Positions 1 to 11,500 of a DNA stretch of 64,000 bases are shown here, piece by piece (position 1 is the first letter of the stretch; every line of letters begins with the position of its first letter). A program made the translations under genes and the position numbers. A model generated the notes under the pieces. The model did not search any database. It had not been told where the DNA came from and was given only the letters and a program-made list of their open reading frames with translations. Origin of the DNA: an uncultured Clostridia bacterium (GTDB lineage: Bacteria; Bacillota; Clostridia; Christensenellales; UBA1242); contig CAMEKS010000001.1 in the NCBI GenBank assembly GCA_945921465.1, forward strand, positions 2,745 to 66,744, read 5' to 3'.

Positions 1-2377
1 ATCCTTCATTGCAAACAATTTCAACTTGGTCGCCAATATTTACACCTGTTGAAATAAGATCTTGAATTTGTTTATCCGTAAGTGAAGTTCCGTTTATTGC
101 AACTTTGCTAAAGTACCTGTTTTCTAACTCAATTTTTGCAGTTAGTTCAGCGTCAGCATTTGCTCCAGTAATATGTTTGGTAGCAATAGTACACTCATAG
201 TTTTTCGTGTCTAATTCGGTTGACAATTTCCATACCAAATCTTCGCTGCCATCAAAATAAACATCAAATGTTAATGGAATATCTATATCACCATACTTGG
301 CGTTGCCTGCAGTTGTTTTAAGTTCATAATCTCCCCATACAATTTGTGTGATTGTTGGTAGGGTTATTGTTAAGTCTCCTTCAGCAAGTGTTTTTGGTGT
401 AATTGTATACCAAATATAAGTATTATAATCATAATTTACACCATTCATATCAAAATAGTAATTTGTGTTTGTTAGAGTTGCGGTAGCGGCGTAAGAGCCA
501 TCAATTACATTAATCGCGCTATTATTAAAGGAAAGTGAATAATCTGTTCCTTTAATTAAATTTACATCTTTATTACTTAGTTTTGCGGCAACAGAAATTA
601 GATTGCCATCTGGAACAACTGGATTGCCGGTATATTCAAAACTTGTAGAACCAGTATAACTTAAAGTTGCTTGTGCTGGTGCTATTTCAACATGTCCATA
701 ACTAACAGCCCAAGTATTATCCGTATTGCCATAGAACATATAATTATTTACATCATTTAAGGTAAACTCTGCACGATAATAATATGTTCCTGCATTTTGT
801 AAAATTGTCGGAGATGTATAGGTATAATCGGTATAAGCCTTATATTCCAAACCTGCCAATTTAAGGATGTCGCTATTGCTAGGAATGTCTAAGGTAACAA
901 ATTCTTGTTCTTCTCCGTTATAAGTAAGGGACGAAATGTTTGTGTTCCAATTAAAATTATAATCTGATGTATAGATAACTTGTTTATCAATTGTAAATGA
1001 GCCTATATACGTTCCTGTATAGTTGCCAATACCCGTTATAGTGTAACTTGCATTGCCGGCATTTGTATTATTAGAATATACAATTGTGTAATCATTGTCT
1101 TTGACTAATACAATATTATTGTAATTCACATAACAATATACCGATCCTTGTAGAAATTGTTCACTTCCGTTGTAAGTATAAACTTGGCTATCTACTTGAA
1201 TTCTATTGGATATGCTTACAGGGCTAATAGTAAAGGATACTTCTATTGTGCCTGTATAATTGCCTGTGCCAACTATTTCAAATTTACCAGTTGTATTAGA
1301 TGTAGAAGCATTTGTGTTATCAATATTTACGCCAGATAACATATTGATGTTATAAGTTATGTCTTGCGACAAATTTGTTAAAATATATGCAATATCGCTT
1401 GCGGTGTAAGCATCATTCTTATATTTTACATCAATGTCAGCTATAGAGCTGCTGATGTTAAGAGTATTTATATCTAATTGTTCTATTACTACTGTAAATG
1501 TCTTGTCTGCTACAGGCATATAGCCGTATTCAACTTCGAAATGTGCGGTCGCTGTGTAAGTGCCAGCATCTTCAATCCAAGAATAAGAATCAAGTTGGCC
1601 GTCTTTTTGGAAAGTGTAACTTATATTGCGTATACCCACCAAAGAAGAAATATCTACGTCATCAACAATATCGTTGCTATGTGTTTGGCCATCATAGGCA
1701 ATAGTATAAGTATCCTTAAAGGTTGGCACATCAATATTCTTGCCTACAATATCAAAATAGAATAATGCACCTCCAGAATAAATTCCTTGTCCGCCACACT
1801 GAATAAATCCCTCACCTGTGCCAGTTGCCGAATTATATCCAGTAATTGTATAATCCAAAGTGTAGTCTGTATCTTTTACAAGAGCTGTCTCATTATTATA
1901 AATAAATGTAACACCTGAAAAATCATATATGCCTTCTGACGAATAAGTGTAATTTTCTCTAAGTCCCGAAATAGTTAAGTTATTCGCATCTAATTCGATA
2001 GGGGATATGGTTAAGTATAGACTAAACGAAAGTTCTTCATAGCCAAAGTCCAATCTATAATTACCTGGCAATAATTCGGTTGCTAATGTTTCAGACTCGC
2101 CCAACTTATAAATCTCTAATGAATAACCAGAATCAATAGTATTAGAACTGCCATCATCATACTTAAGCAGTAGAGTAAAATCGTTTGAGGCAAATGTCAG
2201 ATTTTCATCATATGTAATGTCTACCCCAAGTTCAAAATCATATATGCTATTTTTGTGGGACGCCTCAATAGCAATAAGTTTTGGCTCACCGTCGCCGCCT
2301 CCACAAGCAGTCAAGCAAGTCGCACCAGTCAAAACAAGAAAAAGAGTAACAATAAAATTTAATATTTTGTTTTTCAT
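1..2377 (-). CDS. Surface lipoprotein with repeated MBG-like modules; N-terminus complete, C-terminus runs off the left window edge
   Basis: Absent from the ORF track because it is open-ended. My reverse-strand translation from ATG 2377-2375 (AAGGAG 6 nt upstream) gives MKNKILNFIVTLFLVLTGATCLTACGGGDGEPK... with no stop down to position 1. Lipobox L-T-A-C. Later repeats of the type QVYTYNGSEQ...DYTIVYSNNTNAGNASYTITGIGNYTGTYIGSFTI. Confidence 0.8.
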   Translation of the reverse strand, partial: MKNKILNFIVTLFLVLTGATCLTACGGGDGEPKLIAIEASHKNSIYDFELGVDITYDENLTFASNDFTLLLKYDDGSSNTIDSGYSLEIYKLGESETLATELLPGNYRLDFGYEELSFSLYLTISPIELDANNLTISGLRENYTYSSEGIYDFSGVTFIYNNETALVKDTDYTLDYTITGYNSATGTGEGFIQCGGQGIYSGGALFYFDIVGKNIDVPTFKDTYTIAYDGQTHSNDIVDDVDISSLVGIRNISYTFQKDGQLDSYSWIEDAGTYTATAHFEVEYGYMPVADKTFTVVIEQLDINTLNISSSIADIDVKYKNDAYTASDIAYILTNLSQDITYNINMLSGVNIDNTNASTSNTTGKFEIVGTGNYTGTIEVSFTISPVSISNRIQVDSQVYTYNGSEQFLQGSVYCYVNYNNIVLVKDNDYTIVYSNNTNAGNASYTITGIGNYTGTYIGSFTIDKQVIYTSDYNFNWNTNISSLTYNGEEQEFVTLDIPSNSDILKLAGLEYKAYTDYTYTSPTILQNAGTYYYRAEFTLNDVNNYMFYGNTDNTWAVSYGHVEIAPAQATLSYTGSTSFEYTGNPVVPDGNLISVAAKLSNKDVNLIKGTDYSLSFNNSAINVIDGSYAATATLTNTNYYFDMNGVNYDYNTYIWYTITPKTLAEGDLTITLPTITQIVWGDYELKTTAGNAKYGDIDIPLTFDVYFDGSEDLVWKLSTELDTKNYECTIATKHITGANADAELTAKIELENRYFSKVAINGTSLTDKQIQDLISTGVNIGDQVEIVCNEG

Positions 2378-2809
2378 AAAAAACTCCTTATTAATTATTT
2401 TTGTTATTATTTCAATTGTGTTGTAATATTGGGCAATCATTAATATGTTTTATATGATTATATTTTAACATATTGTTAATAAGACAACAAACCAATTTGC
2501 AATTATAATCATTATATTGGGCTTAAGTTGCAATGGTTTATGCCTATAGCAAACAAGGATAAAATAATTTAATTACACAAATGTGTTGGCCTTTACCTTT
2601 TAGTTAATTTAATCAAAGGACCGCAAATGTGGCATATCTCACTAAAAGCTTTTATGGCACTAATAAGCCAAATATGTGTTTTTATTAATATATCAACCAT
2701 TTATTACAAAAGTGGCGACGTCGACACCAATTAACAGTTTTGCTCTAATAGTTGCTGTAGATGGATACATCAGCCACATTGTATTAAGAACTGCTAAATT
2801 AAATATAAA

Positions 2810-3496
2810 TCATCTATTAAAGGTAAATAAATATTTTAGTATTTCAAAGAAAGTATTTTTGCCTTCGGGAATAATAATTTTTACTACTCCAATTATATCG
2901 GTTGTTTTATATCCGCCTTGCATTTTGCTGTCTATAGAGTTAATTCGGTTGTCTCCAAGGGCGAAGACTGTGCCGTCGGGTACAATGTAATTGCCGTCAG
3001 AATCTATTTGGTCAGGGAAGTCTCTATATAGCGTGGCAAGCGGGTTATAACCACTTGGATCGGCGGTGCAGATATAATAGTTCTTTTTCAAGTTTTCCAT
3101 TAATTTAGCGGGAGTGATTATTTCTTTGGTGTATTCTTCTGTTACCGGCTCATTATTAATGAACAAAACATAACTTTCCGATACATTATCATACTGATAT
3201 CTAACCCTGTCACCGGCAATTGCGACGACTCGTTTGATAATTCCATTGTCGCCATTGCCAATCACGACTATGTCTCCCACGACAGGCGTGGCTGTGCGGT
3301 CATAATATACAATGTCGTGCTCTGTCGCCCCATTGGGGTTGAGGGTTGGCTGCATACTAATATCGTATACGGTCGAAGACGAGAAAAAAACAACAAACAA
3401 AACTACCCATACTGTTATGCTATAAACAATAGCGTCCAATACTTTGCTTTGCCAGTTAATTGTATTGTCGAGTTTTACATCGCAATAACATCTCAT
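2810..3496 (-). CDS. lepB: Signal peptidase I (S26 family)
   Basis: Has an N-terminal TM helix, the catalytic region DISMQPTL and the box GDNRINSIDS. The track ORF begins at TTG 3523, but AAGGAG-N6-ATG favours ATG 3496 (MRCYCDVK...). Confidence 0.85.
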   Translation of the reverse strand: MRCYCDVKLDNTINWQSKVLDAIVYSITVWVVLFVVFFSSSTVYDISMQPTLNPNGATEHDIVYYDRTATPVVGDIVVIGNGDNGIIKRVVAIAGDRVRYQYDNVSESYVLFINNEPVTEEYTKEIITPAKLMENLKKNYYICTADPSGYNPLATLYRDFPDQIDSDGNYIVPDGTVFALGDNRINSIDSKMQGGYKTTDIIGVVKIIIPEGKNTFFEILKYLFTFNR

Positions 3497-3563
3497 TGTC
3501 ATCTCCTTATATGATATTGTCAATAACTGCGGCTTATTGACACAAAACCCTAGTGCATAACGA

Positions 3564-4553
3564 CTATATCAAGTCAAAAATTTTTTGGATAGTAGATTTG
3601 ATTTCGTCTATTCTGTCTGATATATTAACTTCATTAAGAATAGTATATCTATTTATCCTTGGCTGCAAATTTCTAGCAACATCCAAGATTATTTCTTTGG
3701 TTATTTTGAATTTTGGAAACATCTTGTAATATCCCAAACGATTAAAAATGTTAAGCAGAGTAGTAATATCTCGCTTCTGCAATGTTAACCCAATCAGTAT
3801 ACCTATAGCTACAGCAATTCCATGAGGGACGCTAATCAGTGTTTCCAATTTTTTTGCAAATATATGTGATACTCCGCTACAAGCCCTACTGCAGCCCATA
3901 GCAATTGTTAGATCGCCCGTTACCCCCAAATTATTATACAACAAATCTATGTTGTTAAATTGGTTGGCGGTGTTGCTAAGATATTCAATGGTTAAATTAA
4001 GAGTTTTGGTGGCTAATTCTAATGCTGGCTTATTAATTACTTCGTTATTGTTTTTGCAAGCAATTTGCCAATCATATAGGGCGGTTTCCATGGCCAAAAT
4101 ATCTGCATAACCCAAAAGATTATATTGTGCTTTTGTCGCAAGATATTCTTTGTCTAGCAATATTTTGTCTGGCTCTGCGCAATCAACGGTTACCTCAGTT
4201 CCGTCTTTTAACAAAACACCTTTGTTAGTCGCAAAAGAGTTGTTAGACAATACAGTGGGCACGGTAGCATACGGAACATCTAGCATTTTTGCTATATATT
4301 TAGCAATGTCTATAGCGGCCCCGCCACCCATTCCATAAACATATTTGCAGTCTTGATATATATCAATAATATTGATGTATGCGTTATAATTTTTGCCTAT
4401 CTCTGATATAGGTGTCGATATAATTTTAGAGTTGGTTAACTTGCACATTATATCCGACTGCAATACATCGTCAAATATTAGCAAAACTTTACGAGTTTCT
4501 GCATTTAAGTATTTGACGATATCACATTCTATTGTTTTATTAACATATCCCAT
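3564..4553 (-). CDS. Iron-containing alcohol dehydrogenase superfamily protein, glycerol / glycerol-1-phosphate dehydrogenase-like
   Basis: Glycine-rich NAD motif GMGGGAAIDIAKYIA, then VPTVLSNNSFATN, and late His residues (SHIFAKK...VPHGIAVAIG) as in the GldA/AraM/EgsA family. RBS AAGAGGAAG. Substrate cannot be assigned from sequence. Confidence 0.6.
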   Translation of the reverse strand: MGYVNKTIECDIVKYLNAETRKVLLIFDDVLQSDIMCKLTNSKIISTPISEIGKNYNAYINIIDIYQDCKYVYGMGGGAAIDIAKYIAKMLDVPYATVPTVLSNNSFATNKGVLLKDGTEVTVDCAEPDKILLDKEYLATKAQYNLLGYADILAMETALYDWQIACKNNNEVINKPALELATKTLNLTIEYLSNTANQFNNIDLLYNNLGVTGDLTIAMGCSRACSGVSHIFAKKLETLISVPHGIAVAIGILIGLTLQKRDITTLLNIFNRLGYYKMFPKFKITKEIILDVARNLQPRINRYTILNEVNISDRIDEIKSTIQKIFDLI

Positions 4554-4861
4554 TATGCAACTTCCTCTTTGTTAATAGATCTTTTTATACCGAACAATAT
4601 TTGTAGCGCGCAATAATTAATTTGTAAGCGAAATATAGGGGAACTAAAATATCGAATTAATAGACACCAACAAAAACTACTTATATAACCGAAAAACCAT
4701 TACATCATAATGAATAGAATAAAATTGATGTTGAGGGTATATTGTCACTATTGCAAACAAATAATAGTTGGTTCGCAGTATTAAAATATATCTTTTTAAT
4801 CTAATATTTGCACCAAATCAATAGTCTATGTATATTGGAGCAAATGCACAGTCAATATATT

Positions 4862-5455
4862 TTATTTTCGTTTTGGTTTATTTAATTGAGACCACAATAT
4901 AATTGCGACTTGGGCGGGGATGCCTATTGTAAATATAAGCCATGGGTTATATTGAACAAATTGCAAATATGCACATATTAACAAGGACCACACAATTGCT
5001 GAAATGATAAAATAATTATTTCGAGTATTGCCCCAAATGCTATTAAATACTAACATTACGATGGCGGAAATTGGCACAGCGTACACAAAAGTAAGCCACA
5101 TCGTGTCAATTGGACACATCATCTGAACACATGCAAACAAAATAACGGCAATCAGCCAAACACAAGAAACTGAAAGTAAAGTAATAATCAACTTATTATT
5201 GCGGTTGTTTTTTGGCAAGATATAATGTTCCTTGTTGTCATCCGGATTGTCGGTCACCAGATAATCTAGAGTTACGCCAAAAAGTATTGAAATCTTTTTT
5301 AATGTTTCTATGTCTGGAGATGAATCACCATTTTCCCATTTAGACACAGCCTTGTCGGAGTAATTAAGTTTGTTTGCAAATTCCGTCTGTGTTAATTTGT
5401 TATTTTTTCGCAAATTAGCGATGTTGGTTCCAATAATTTTCTTTAAGTCTTCCAT
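4862..5455 (-). CDS. XRE-family HTH transcriptional regulator with C-terminal multi-TM domain
   Basis: HTH_3 signature LRKNNKLTQTEFANKLNYSDKAVSKWENGDSSPDIETLKKISILFGVTLDYL, followed by about 4 hydrophobic helices. Start placed at Met51 of the track ORF (MEDLKKIIG...), because the upstream extension looks non-coding. Confidence 0.75.
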   Translation of the reverse strand: MEDLKKIIGTNIANLRKNNKLTQTEFANKLNYSDKAVSKWENGDSSPDIETLKKISILFGVTLDYLVTDNPDDNKEHYILPKNNRNNKLIITLLSVSCVWLIAVILFACVQMMCPIDTMWLTFVYAVPISAIVMLVFNSIWGNTRNNYFIISAIVWSLLICAYLQFVQYNPWLIFTIGIPAQVAIILWSQLNKPKRK

Positions 5456-5726
5456 AATTTCATTGTACCACTTTTCATAATCATTCGCAAATAAAAAATA
5501 CCACTCTCTCATAAGTAGAGTGGTAGAATCGCCAATAATATATTTCTTAATATGCAACAAGAAGCAAAGCACAATTAAATATGACAATGAGCCCACATCA
5601 ATCAAAGTTAATTATGTGTCTTACCTTTCATCCGCTTTTTAGTAAAAACAAAAATGATTGTGATTATATGATTATGATTGAGCTCGGTTATTATAGTTCA
5701 AAAAAGAAGAGCGCCAATTTGTACAA

Positions 5727-6884
5727 TTATTTTTTTAGCAATGAGTGTATATAAGATACCCAGACTTGAGCAAAGAAATTGTCGGAAGTTAGCCTAATCT
5801 TATAATCATCACAGTGTAATTGCAAAACATTGCCAAATTCTACATATACTTTGAAAAACTCTGCCAACTGGTAGATTTCTGTGTTGCCATTGGAGGTAAT
5901 TTCTATTCGGTCGCAATATAATTTTGCGCCAGCATTTGTCTGGTTATGTTTGCGAAAATATCCATTGAGGTCAGCTTTGTTATAAATCAGGTTGTCTGCC
6001 TGCAAAATTACATCTGATGGATTAAATTTCTTTACATATTTGTCCAAGGCTTTGGTTTGAATTGCGTTCCACTGTACAAGGTCTGTTGCGTTGTCTGAGC
6101 CGACTACAAAATCATATTTGTCTAGAGTAAATGTGTGGTTGCAGTGTCTGCAATATACACTATTGCTACTGAATTTCAAATCTCCTATACTATTGCAATC
6201 TGGGCAGACGCAAAGGGCTCGCTCTAGATTGGCACAAGGCTCGATTCGATTAACCGGCATCAAGTTGGCCCTTTGCCAATCGTAATCGTTGACATACAGT
6301 TCGGTTTGCAAAATAGCGTCTAGTTCTGCAACGCTTAAGTTTTGCAATTCCTCTCTTGTTATTAGTCTTTTGAACTTAGTTTCTGACCTGTAATTGGCTT
6401 GGTGTTTTGCCCATCTGGGGCGGCCAAAAGTGGCACCATTGACATTAACCAACACGATGGGCATATCCAGTTTTTTGCAAAGTTTTGCAGTGCTTTCGCC
6501 AAATCGGATAGAGTCGTTGAAATAATTAATTCCACCTTCGGGATATATGCCTATACTTAAATTGCGCTGTTTTGCCCTAAATAATTCCTTGATGTATCCT
6601 ATATCTGTTTTGCTACAGCCTCGCTTAATTGTATCTATTAGGTGTTTGGCAATTAGCCTATACAGCCCCCTTCTATAGACCTCTTCGTGAACTACGAAAA
6701 CTATTCGTCTTTTGCAATGGACACGTAGTTTTAGTGCGTCTAAATTGCCTTGGTGGTTGCTTAGAAATAACACGGGTTCTTTTGGCAAAACAATGCCATT
6801 ATCATCAAACGACACTTTGGGGGACAGTTTGTACACTATGCGCATAATTATAGCTACGATACCTTGAAAAATTCGCCTAAACAT
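5727..6884 (-). CDS. PlsC-family lysophospholipid acyltransferase with C-terminal Cys4 zinc-ribbon-containing extension
   Basis: Acyltransferase motif I NHQGNLD (HX4D) and motif III YPEGG. The C-terminal half contains CPDCNS...CRHCNH. RBS GAGGAAA. Confidence 0.75.
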   Translation of the reverse strand: MFRRIFQGIVAIIMRIVYKLSPKVSFDDNGIVLPKEPVLFLSNHQGNLDALKLRVHCKRRIVFVVHEEVYRRGLYRLIAKHLIDTIKRGCSKTDIGYIKELFRAKQRNLSIGIYPEGGINYFNDSIRFGESTAKLCKKLDMPIVLVNVNGATFGRPRWAKHQANYRSETKFKRLITREELQNLSVAELDAILQTELYVNDYDWQRANLMPVNRIEPCANLERALCVCPDCNSIGDLKFSSNSVYCRHCNHTFTLDKYDFVVGSDNATDLVQWNAIQTKALDKYVKKFNPSDVILQADNLIYNKADLNGYFRKHNQTNAGAKLYCDRIEITSNGNTEIYQLAEFFKVYVEFGNVLQLHCDDYKIRLTSDNFFAQVWVSYIHSLLKK

Positions 6885-7149
6885 ATATATTTCCTCAATA
6901 ATATTCTTTGGGATAAGTTACAATGTTTTGTGTTAAATTTTGGTAAAATATTAATGTATTAACAAAGTTTGTGTGAAATTAATTATCTAAATACACTTTT
7001 TGTAAGTTTTGGGTTGAAATTAATATATTGTATTTTGTGGTTTACATAAATAATACAAATAATATTCCATTGCTCGGCGAAATATTAAATAAATATTAGA
7101 AAAAAGTAAATATATTTGTAACATAGTAGAGATAGTCTATCTGGGGCAA

Positions 7150-8262
7150 TTAAGCATTGCGAGACGGTAGCGATAAAGAAATTTGCATTGTGTTGCTTTG
7201 TCGATAGTAGGTCAATTGAATTGTTGTATTTGGCTGCAGCTTGTATATGGTCGACCGCAAATCGATTGCATTGTCTATAGTTTTCCCATTTATTTTTGTA
7301 ATAACATCTCCCTCTCGCAAGTAGCGACTAATTGGGCTTGCGGGATCTAAGTGTTCTACATAGAATCCGTTACTTAAGTCGCACAATTTGTTAAAATGTG
7401 CAATCTCGGCATCATATCCAATTATGCCCAAATATGGTATGTTATATAATTGGTCACTTATTGCTTTAGAAATCAAACCGATAATTACCTTGGCAGGTAT
7501 AGCGAATCCGATGCCCTCGCTGGAGGTGAGTTTGAGAGTGTTAATCCCAACGATTTGACCTTTGTTATTAAGCAATGGCCCGCCAGAATTACCCCTATTA
7601 AGCGAGGCGTCGTGCTGAATAAGATTGTGCATATAGCCCTCGCCAGATTCTGTGTTTACCGCAATTGTACGATTAATTGCACTGACAATGCCCTTGGTAA
7701 ATGTGTGTTTCAGATTAAGAGCAATTGGTGTACCAACAGCAATAACCTCGTCACCTATACACGAGTCGATGGTGCTGATCTCAAGATATGGCAATTCAAG
7801 TTCTGTGGAAAGTATGGCAAAATCTAACATCGTATCTTCAAATAAAACTACAGCACTGCCCCTTGTACCATCAGCAAGGTATAGCGCAATATCTGGATAG
7901 TCGTGCACCACATGCGAATTAGTAACCACAATGCCGCCCTCGGCAACACATACACCTGCTCCGACGCTTTGTTTGTATTCGTTGTGTGCCAAGACTCCCA
8001 CTATTGCCGGAGACACCATATCCGCCATATTATCTGCGGCATCAATTACAATTGGGTGTGGCGCAAACGAAGATAATGATGATGGCGTAAGTTGATTGAC
8101 CAGACCAGTTGTATCAAGCATTGTTGATGTCAATTGTTTGGACGCATCGATTACATATTGTGATGATAAATTCTTATTTAGCAAGCTTGGATATGACGAT
8201 TTGATTGGTGTTATGATGCCAAGTGCGGCAGCTACAATACCTAATATTATATTTGATTTCAT
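7150..8262 (-). CDS. HtrA/DegP-like trypsin-family serine protease with PDZ domain
   Basis: N-terminal signal/anchor, the catalytic Ser motif GNSGGPLLN, His region VVTNSHVV, and a C-terminal PDZ-like region (GDVITKINGKTIDN). RBS AAGGAG. Confidence 0.85.
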   Translation of the reverse strand: MKSNIILGIVAAALGIITPIKSSYPSLLNKNLSSQYVIDASKQLTSTMLDTTGLVNQLTPSSLSSFAPHPIVIDAADNMADMVSPAIVGVLAHNEYKQSVGAGVCVAEGGIVVTNSHVVHDYPDIALYLADGTRGSAVVLFEDTMLDFAILSTELELPYLEISTIDSCIGDEVIAVGTPIALNLKHTFTKGIVSAINRTIAVNTESGEGYMHNLIQHDASLNRGNSGGPLLNNKGQIVGINTLKLTSSEGIGFAIPAKVIIGLISKAISDQLYNIPYLGIIGYDAEIAHFNKLCDLSNGFYVEHLDPASPISRYLREGDVITKINGKTIDNAIDLRSTIYKLQPNTTIQLTYYRQSNTMQISLSLPSRNA

Positions 8263-8350
8263 ACTACTCCTTATTGGATGTTTGAGATTGACTAAATGGG
8301 ATTAATTGCCCATCATTTTAATTGGGAGTCTTATTTGTACCACACACTGT

Positions 8351-8379
8351 TTGCAAATTGCTGCAAAATGTGATACAAT
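8351..8379 (+). promoter_or_regulatory. Sigma-A type promoter candidate upstream of addBA (TTGCAA-17-TACAAT with TG extended -10)
   Basis: TTGCAA 8351-8356, a 17-nt spacer ending in TGA, and TACAAT 8374-8379. This leaves a leader of about 210 nt before the addB ATG. Confidence 0.5.
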
Positions 8380-8592
8380 TTTTCTACAACTATGATTAAT
8401 GGTAAATGATTTGTGATATGTGGACCGAGTTGACACACATTCAGATTACATAGATTGACGCATCGAAATTAATCAATGTGCCCGAGTGGCACAGTGTCCA
8501 CACACTATAAAAATATTATATTAAAAATTTAAGTAATTATACAAAACGAGTTATATAATTAAATGCAGCCAAAGGATACAAAAGGAGAAAAT

Positions 8593-11500
8593 ATGCAAGT
8601 CGATTTTTATTTGTCTAATATCAATTATTTTGCTAAGCGAGCAGCTTTGCAGTCTATTTGTATCAATAACGAAAAAATTAAGACCATTATTCTAACCCCA
8701 GATCGCAACACGCTTAATATAGAGAAAGAAGTGTTAGAAGACAACAACATTGCGGCAGCATTTAACCTAGATGTGATGACATTCAGTAGGCTTGCCAAGA
8801 ATTACTTAAAAAGCAAAGGGTTATATAAGAACATCTTGACCAAACACGCAGCAGTATCTTTGGTTAGTATGATTTTGCAAGAACAGCAAAACAATCTAAA
8901 ATTGTTTTCTAAGAATGTCAACCAAATAGGATTTGCTGAAAAAATATTTGAAACTATAAGTTTGTTCAAAAGTTGTCGAATTGCGCCGCAAGATATTGTG
9001 CTAGATAGCGATTATAAGTTGCTTCAACTAAAACTATGTGACCTTAAATTGATATATCAAGAGTATGAAAAAAAACTTGGCGAAAAATTTACGGACAGCT
9101 TTAATCAATTAGATGTCTTCTGTAGAGCAATTGATGCACAAGACTTTGCAAACGTTGATTTGGTGCTTGTCGATTTTGAGGATATAACGCCTGCAATTGC
9201 TAGGGTTTTAAGCAAACTAGCGACGGCTTGCAGATCGGTAAAAATATCAACAACATATTCCAAATCGGTCAAAAATTTGAGCAATGCAGATGTTTACAAC
9301 AACGAACTATTTTATACATTGAAAGATGCGTTTAGGACGAATGGAATAGAAAGCAACAATATATATGTCGAGCCTAGTGGAAATATCGGACAAATTAGCA
9401 AAAATATTTGTGGTAAGAATGATAAAAAAATTGGCGGAGTGTCAATGCGATTAATTGGCGCATGGGACAAGGAATCGGAAATAAAAAACGTCTGCAGCCT
9501 TATTAAAAAAGATATAATAGATGGGAAAGTATCTGTTGATAATGTTGCGATTGTTGCTTCGGATATAGATGGATACGGAGACCTGTTAGAAAAATGTTTG
9601 AACAAAGCAAATATTCCATACTACATAGATCGTAGCCAAAAACTATCAGACAACATCTTGGCAAAAGTGGTTGTTGGTATAATAGAAATAGTGCTTAATG
9701 GTGTAGACAAATACAACATAATCAAGTTGCTTGATAGCGGCATATTTGCACTAAATAATACTCAGTTAAATGCCTACAAAAGTTATATTAACAGAATTAA
9801 TGCCAAGGGTAAATATTTGTATAATAGCCCTGATGGATTAAAACAGAGTGGGGATGTAGAAACCGTCTTTGATAAACTTAAGCCTATTATGATGACACAA
9901 TCAGATAAATATACTATAGCTGGGCTGAAAGAAATAGTAGATAATGCCTTAGAGTCTATTGGCTATGATTCTTTTGCCGATATGATATATGAGAAATATG
10001 TGGCTATAGAAGATATTGCAAAGGCAAAGATGTTGACACAAAGCAAACGCATATTGTCAGAAATGTGGGAAGAGTTGACAATGTTATATGGCGATTATGA
10101 ATTCGAAGCTAAAGTGCTGTGGAAAATAATAGAGGCAATGGTGCAAGACATCAAGTTGACGTTGCCGCCAATTAAAGTTGGCAGCCTGGTTGTATACGAC
10201 TTCGATACCAGTTATATTCCTATGACTAAGCAATTATATTTCGTAGGTGCAGAAGATGGGGCTTTGCCAAAGTATAGCATAGAGTCAGCGCTGATTAATG
10301 ACAAAGAAATAAACAAGATGTCTAGTTGCAACAAATTATCGCCTACTATAGCAATTATAAACAAGCGAAAATCGATTAAGATAATAGAATCGGTGTGCAA
10401 GGCAATCGATCAAATAACTTTTAGTTATGTGTGTGCGGATTCTAATGGTGAGTCGGTTTATCCTGCGGCCATAGTTGGGGAATTGAGTAAAGTCCTAAGC
10501 GATGTGTCGACATTAATTGATGGAACAGCTGCTGTTGGTTGGGAAGACATTGCTGATGTGCCACTTGCCAATATAGTGCCGTCTTTTGCAGAGGATAATG
10601 TTATAGATGGAATAAGGCAATGGAATGTATATGGAGAATTGGCTGCTTATAGACGCAATATTACTAGCTTATATCAGGCCTTGCAAGATAATATTAGAAT
10701 TGATTATGTACACAACTTAAATATAAGCAACGAGGCGCCTAATCTGTCACTTTCTAGTAAGTTGTTTTTTCGAAGTGGTAGGGTCAGTCCAAGCCAGTTC
10801 GAGTCGTATGCGAGGTGTCCTTACTCGCATTATCTTACTTATGGCCTAAAATTACAAGAAGATATTAGTCCTAGAGTCTTAAGCAATGATATAGGTAATA
10901 TTATTCATAAGTATCTATACACAGTTATTTATGACTTAAATAATTATAAAGACGATGTAGAGTTTGTCGGCAATATTTCAGAATTTGTTAAATTTAATTT
11001 AGATAAAATATTTGAGAGAGATGAATATAAAAGATTGAAGCTTAATTCCGCCAATAACAATACCATCAAAGGGCTATATTTGGAGGTGGAACGGCTGACA
11101 ATGGCGATTATTGGTCAATTGCAAGACACCGATTTCGTGCCGACACACAGAGAGTTTGATTTTGGCAAGTCCGACAATGGATACACGATCACGCTAACTA
11201 GTGGCAAACAAATAACCATTAGTGGCAAAATTGATAGAGTAGATGAGTTTGGCGATCAGTTTATTATACTTGATTACAAGACTGGTTCGGCAGATGTTGG
11301 CGATTATACCGACCTTGCCTCTGGCAGAAAAATACAATTATTTACATATTGCTTATTATATAATCGGTTGTCCCAAAAGACTCCTGTAGGAGCATTTTAC
11401 TTGCCAATTAACAACAAATCAGATCTGTCAGTAATGAGGAAATATAGATACAAAGGATATGTGCTTAATGACCTAAGTGTGATGGGGCAGATAGATAACG

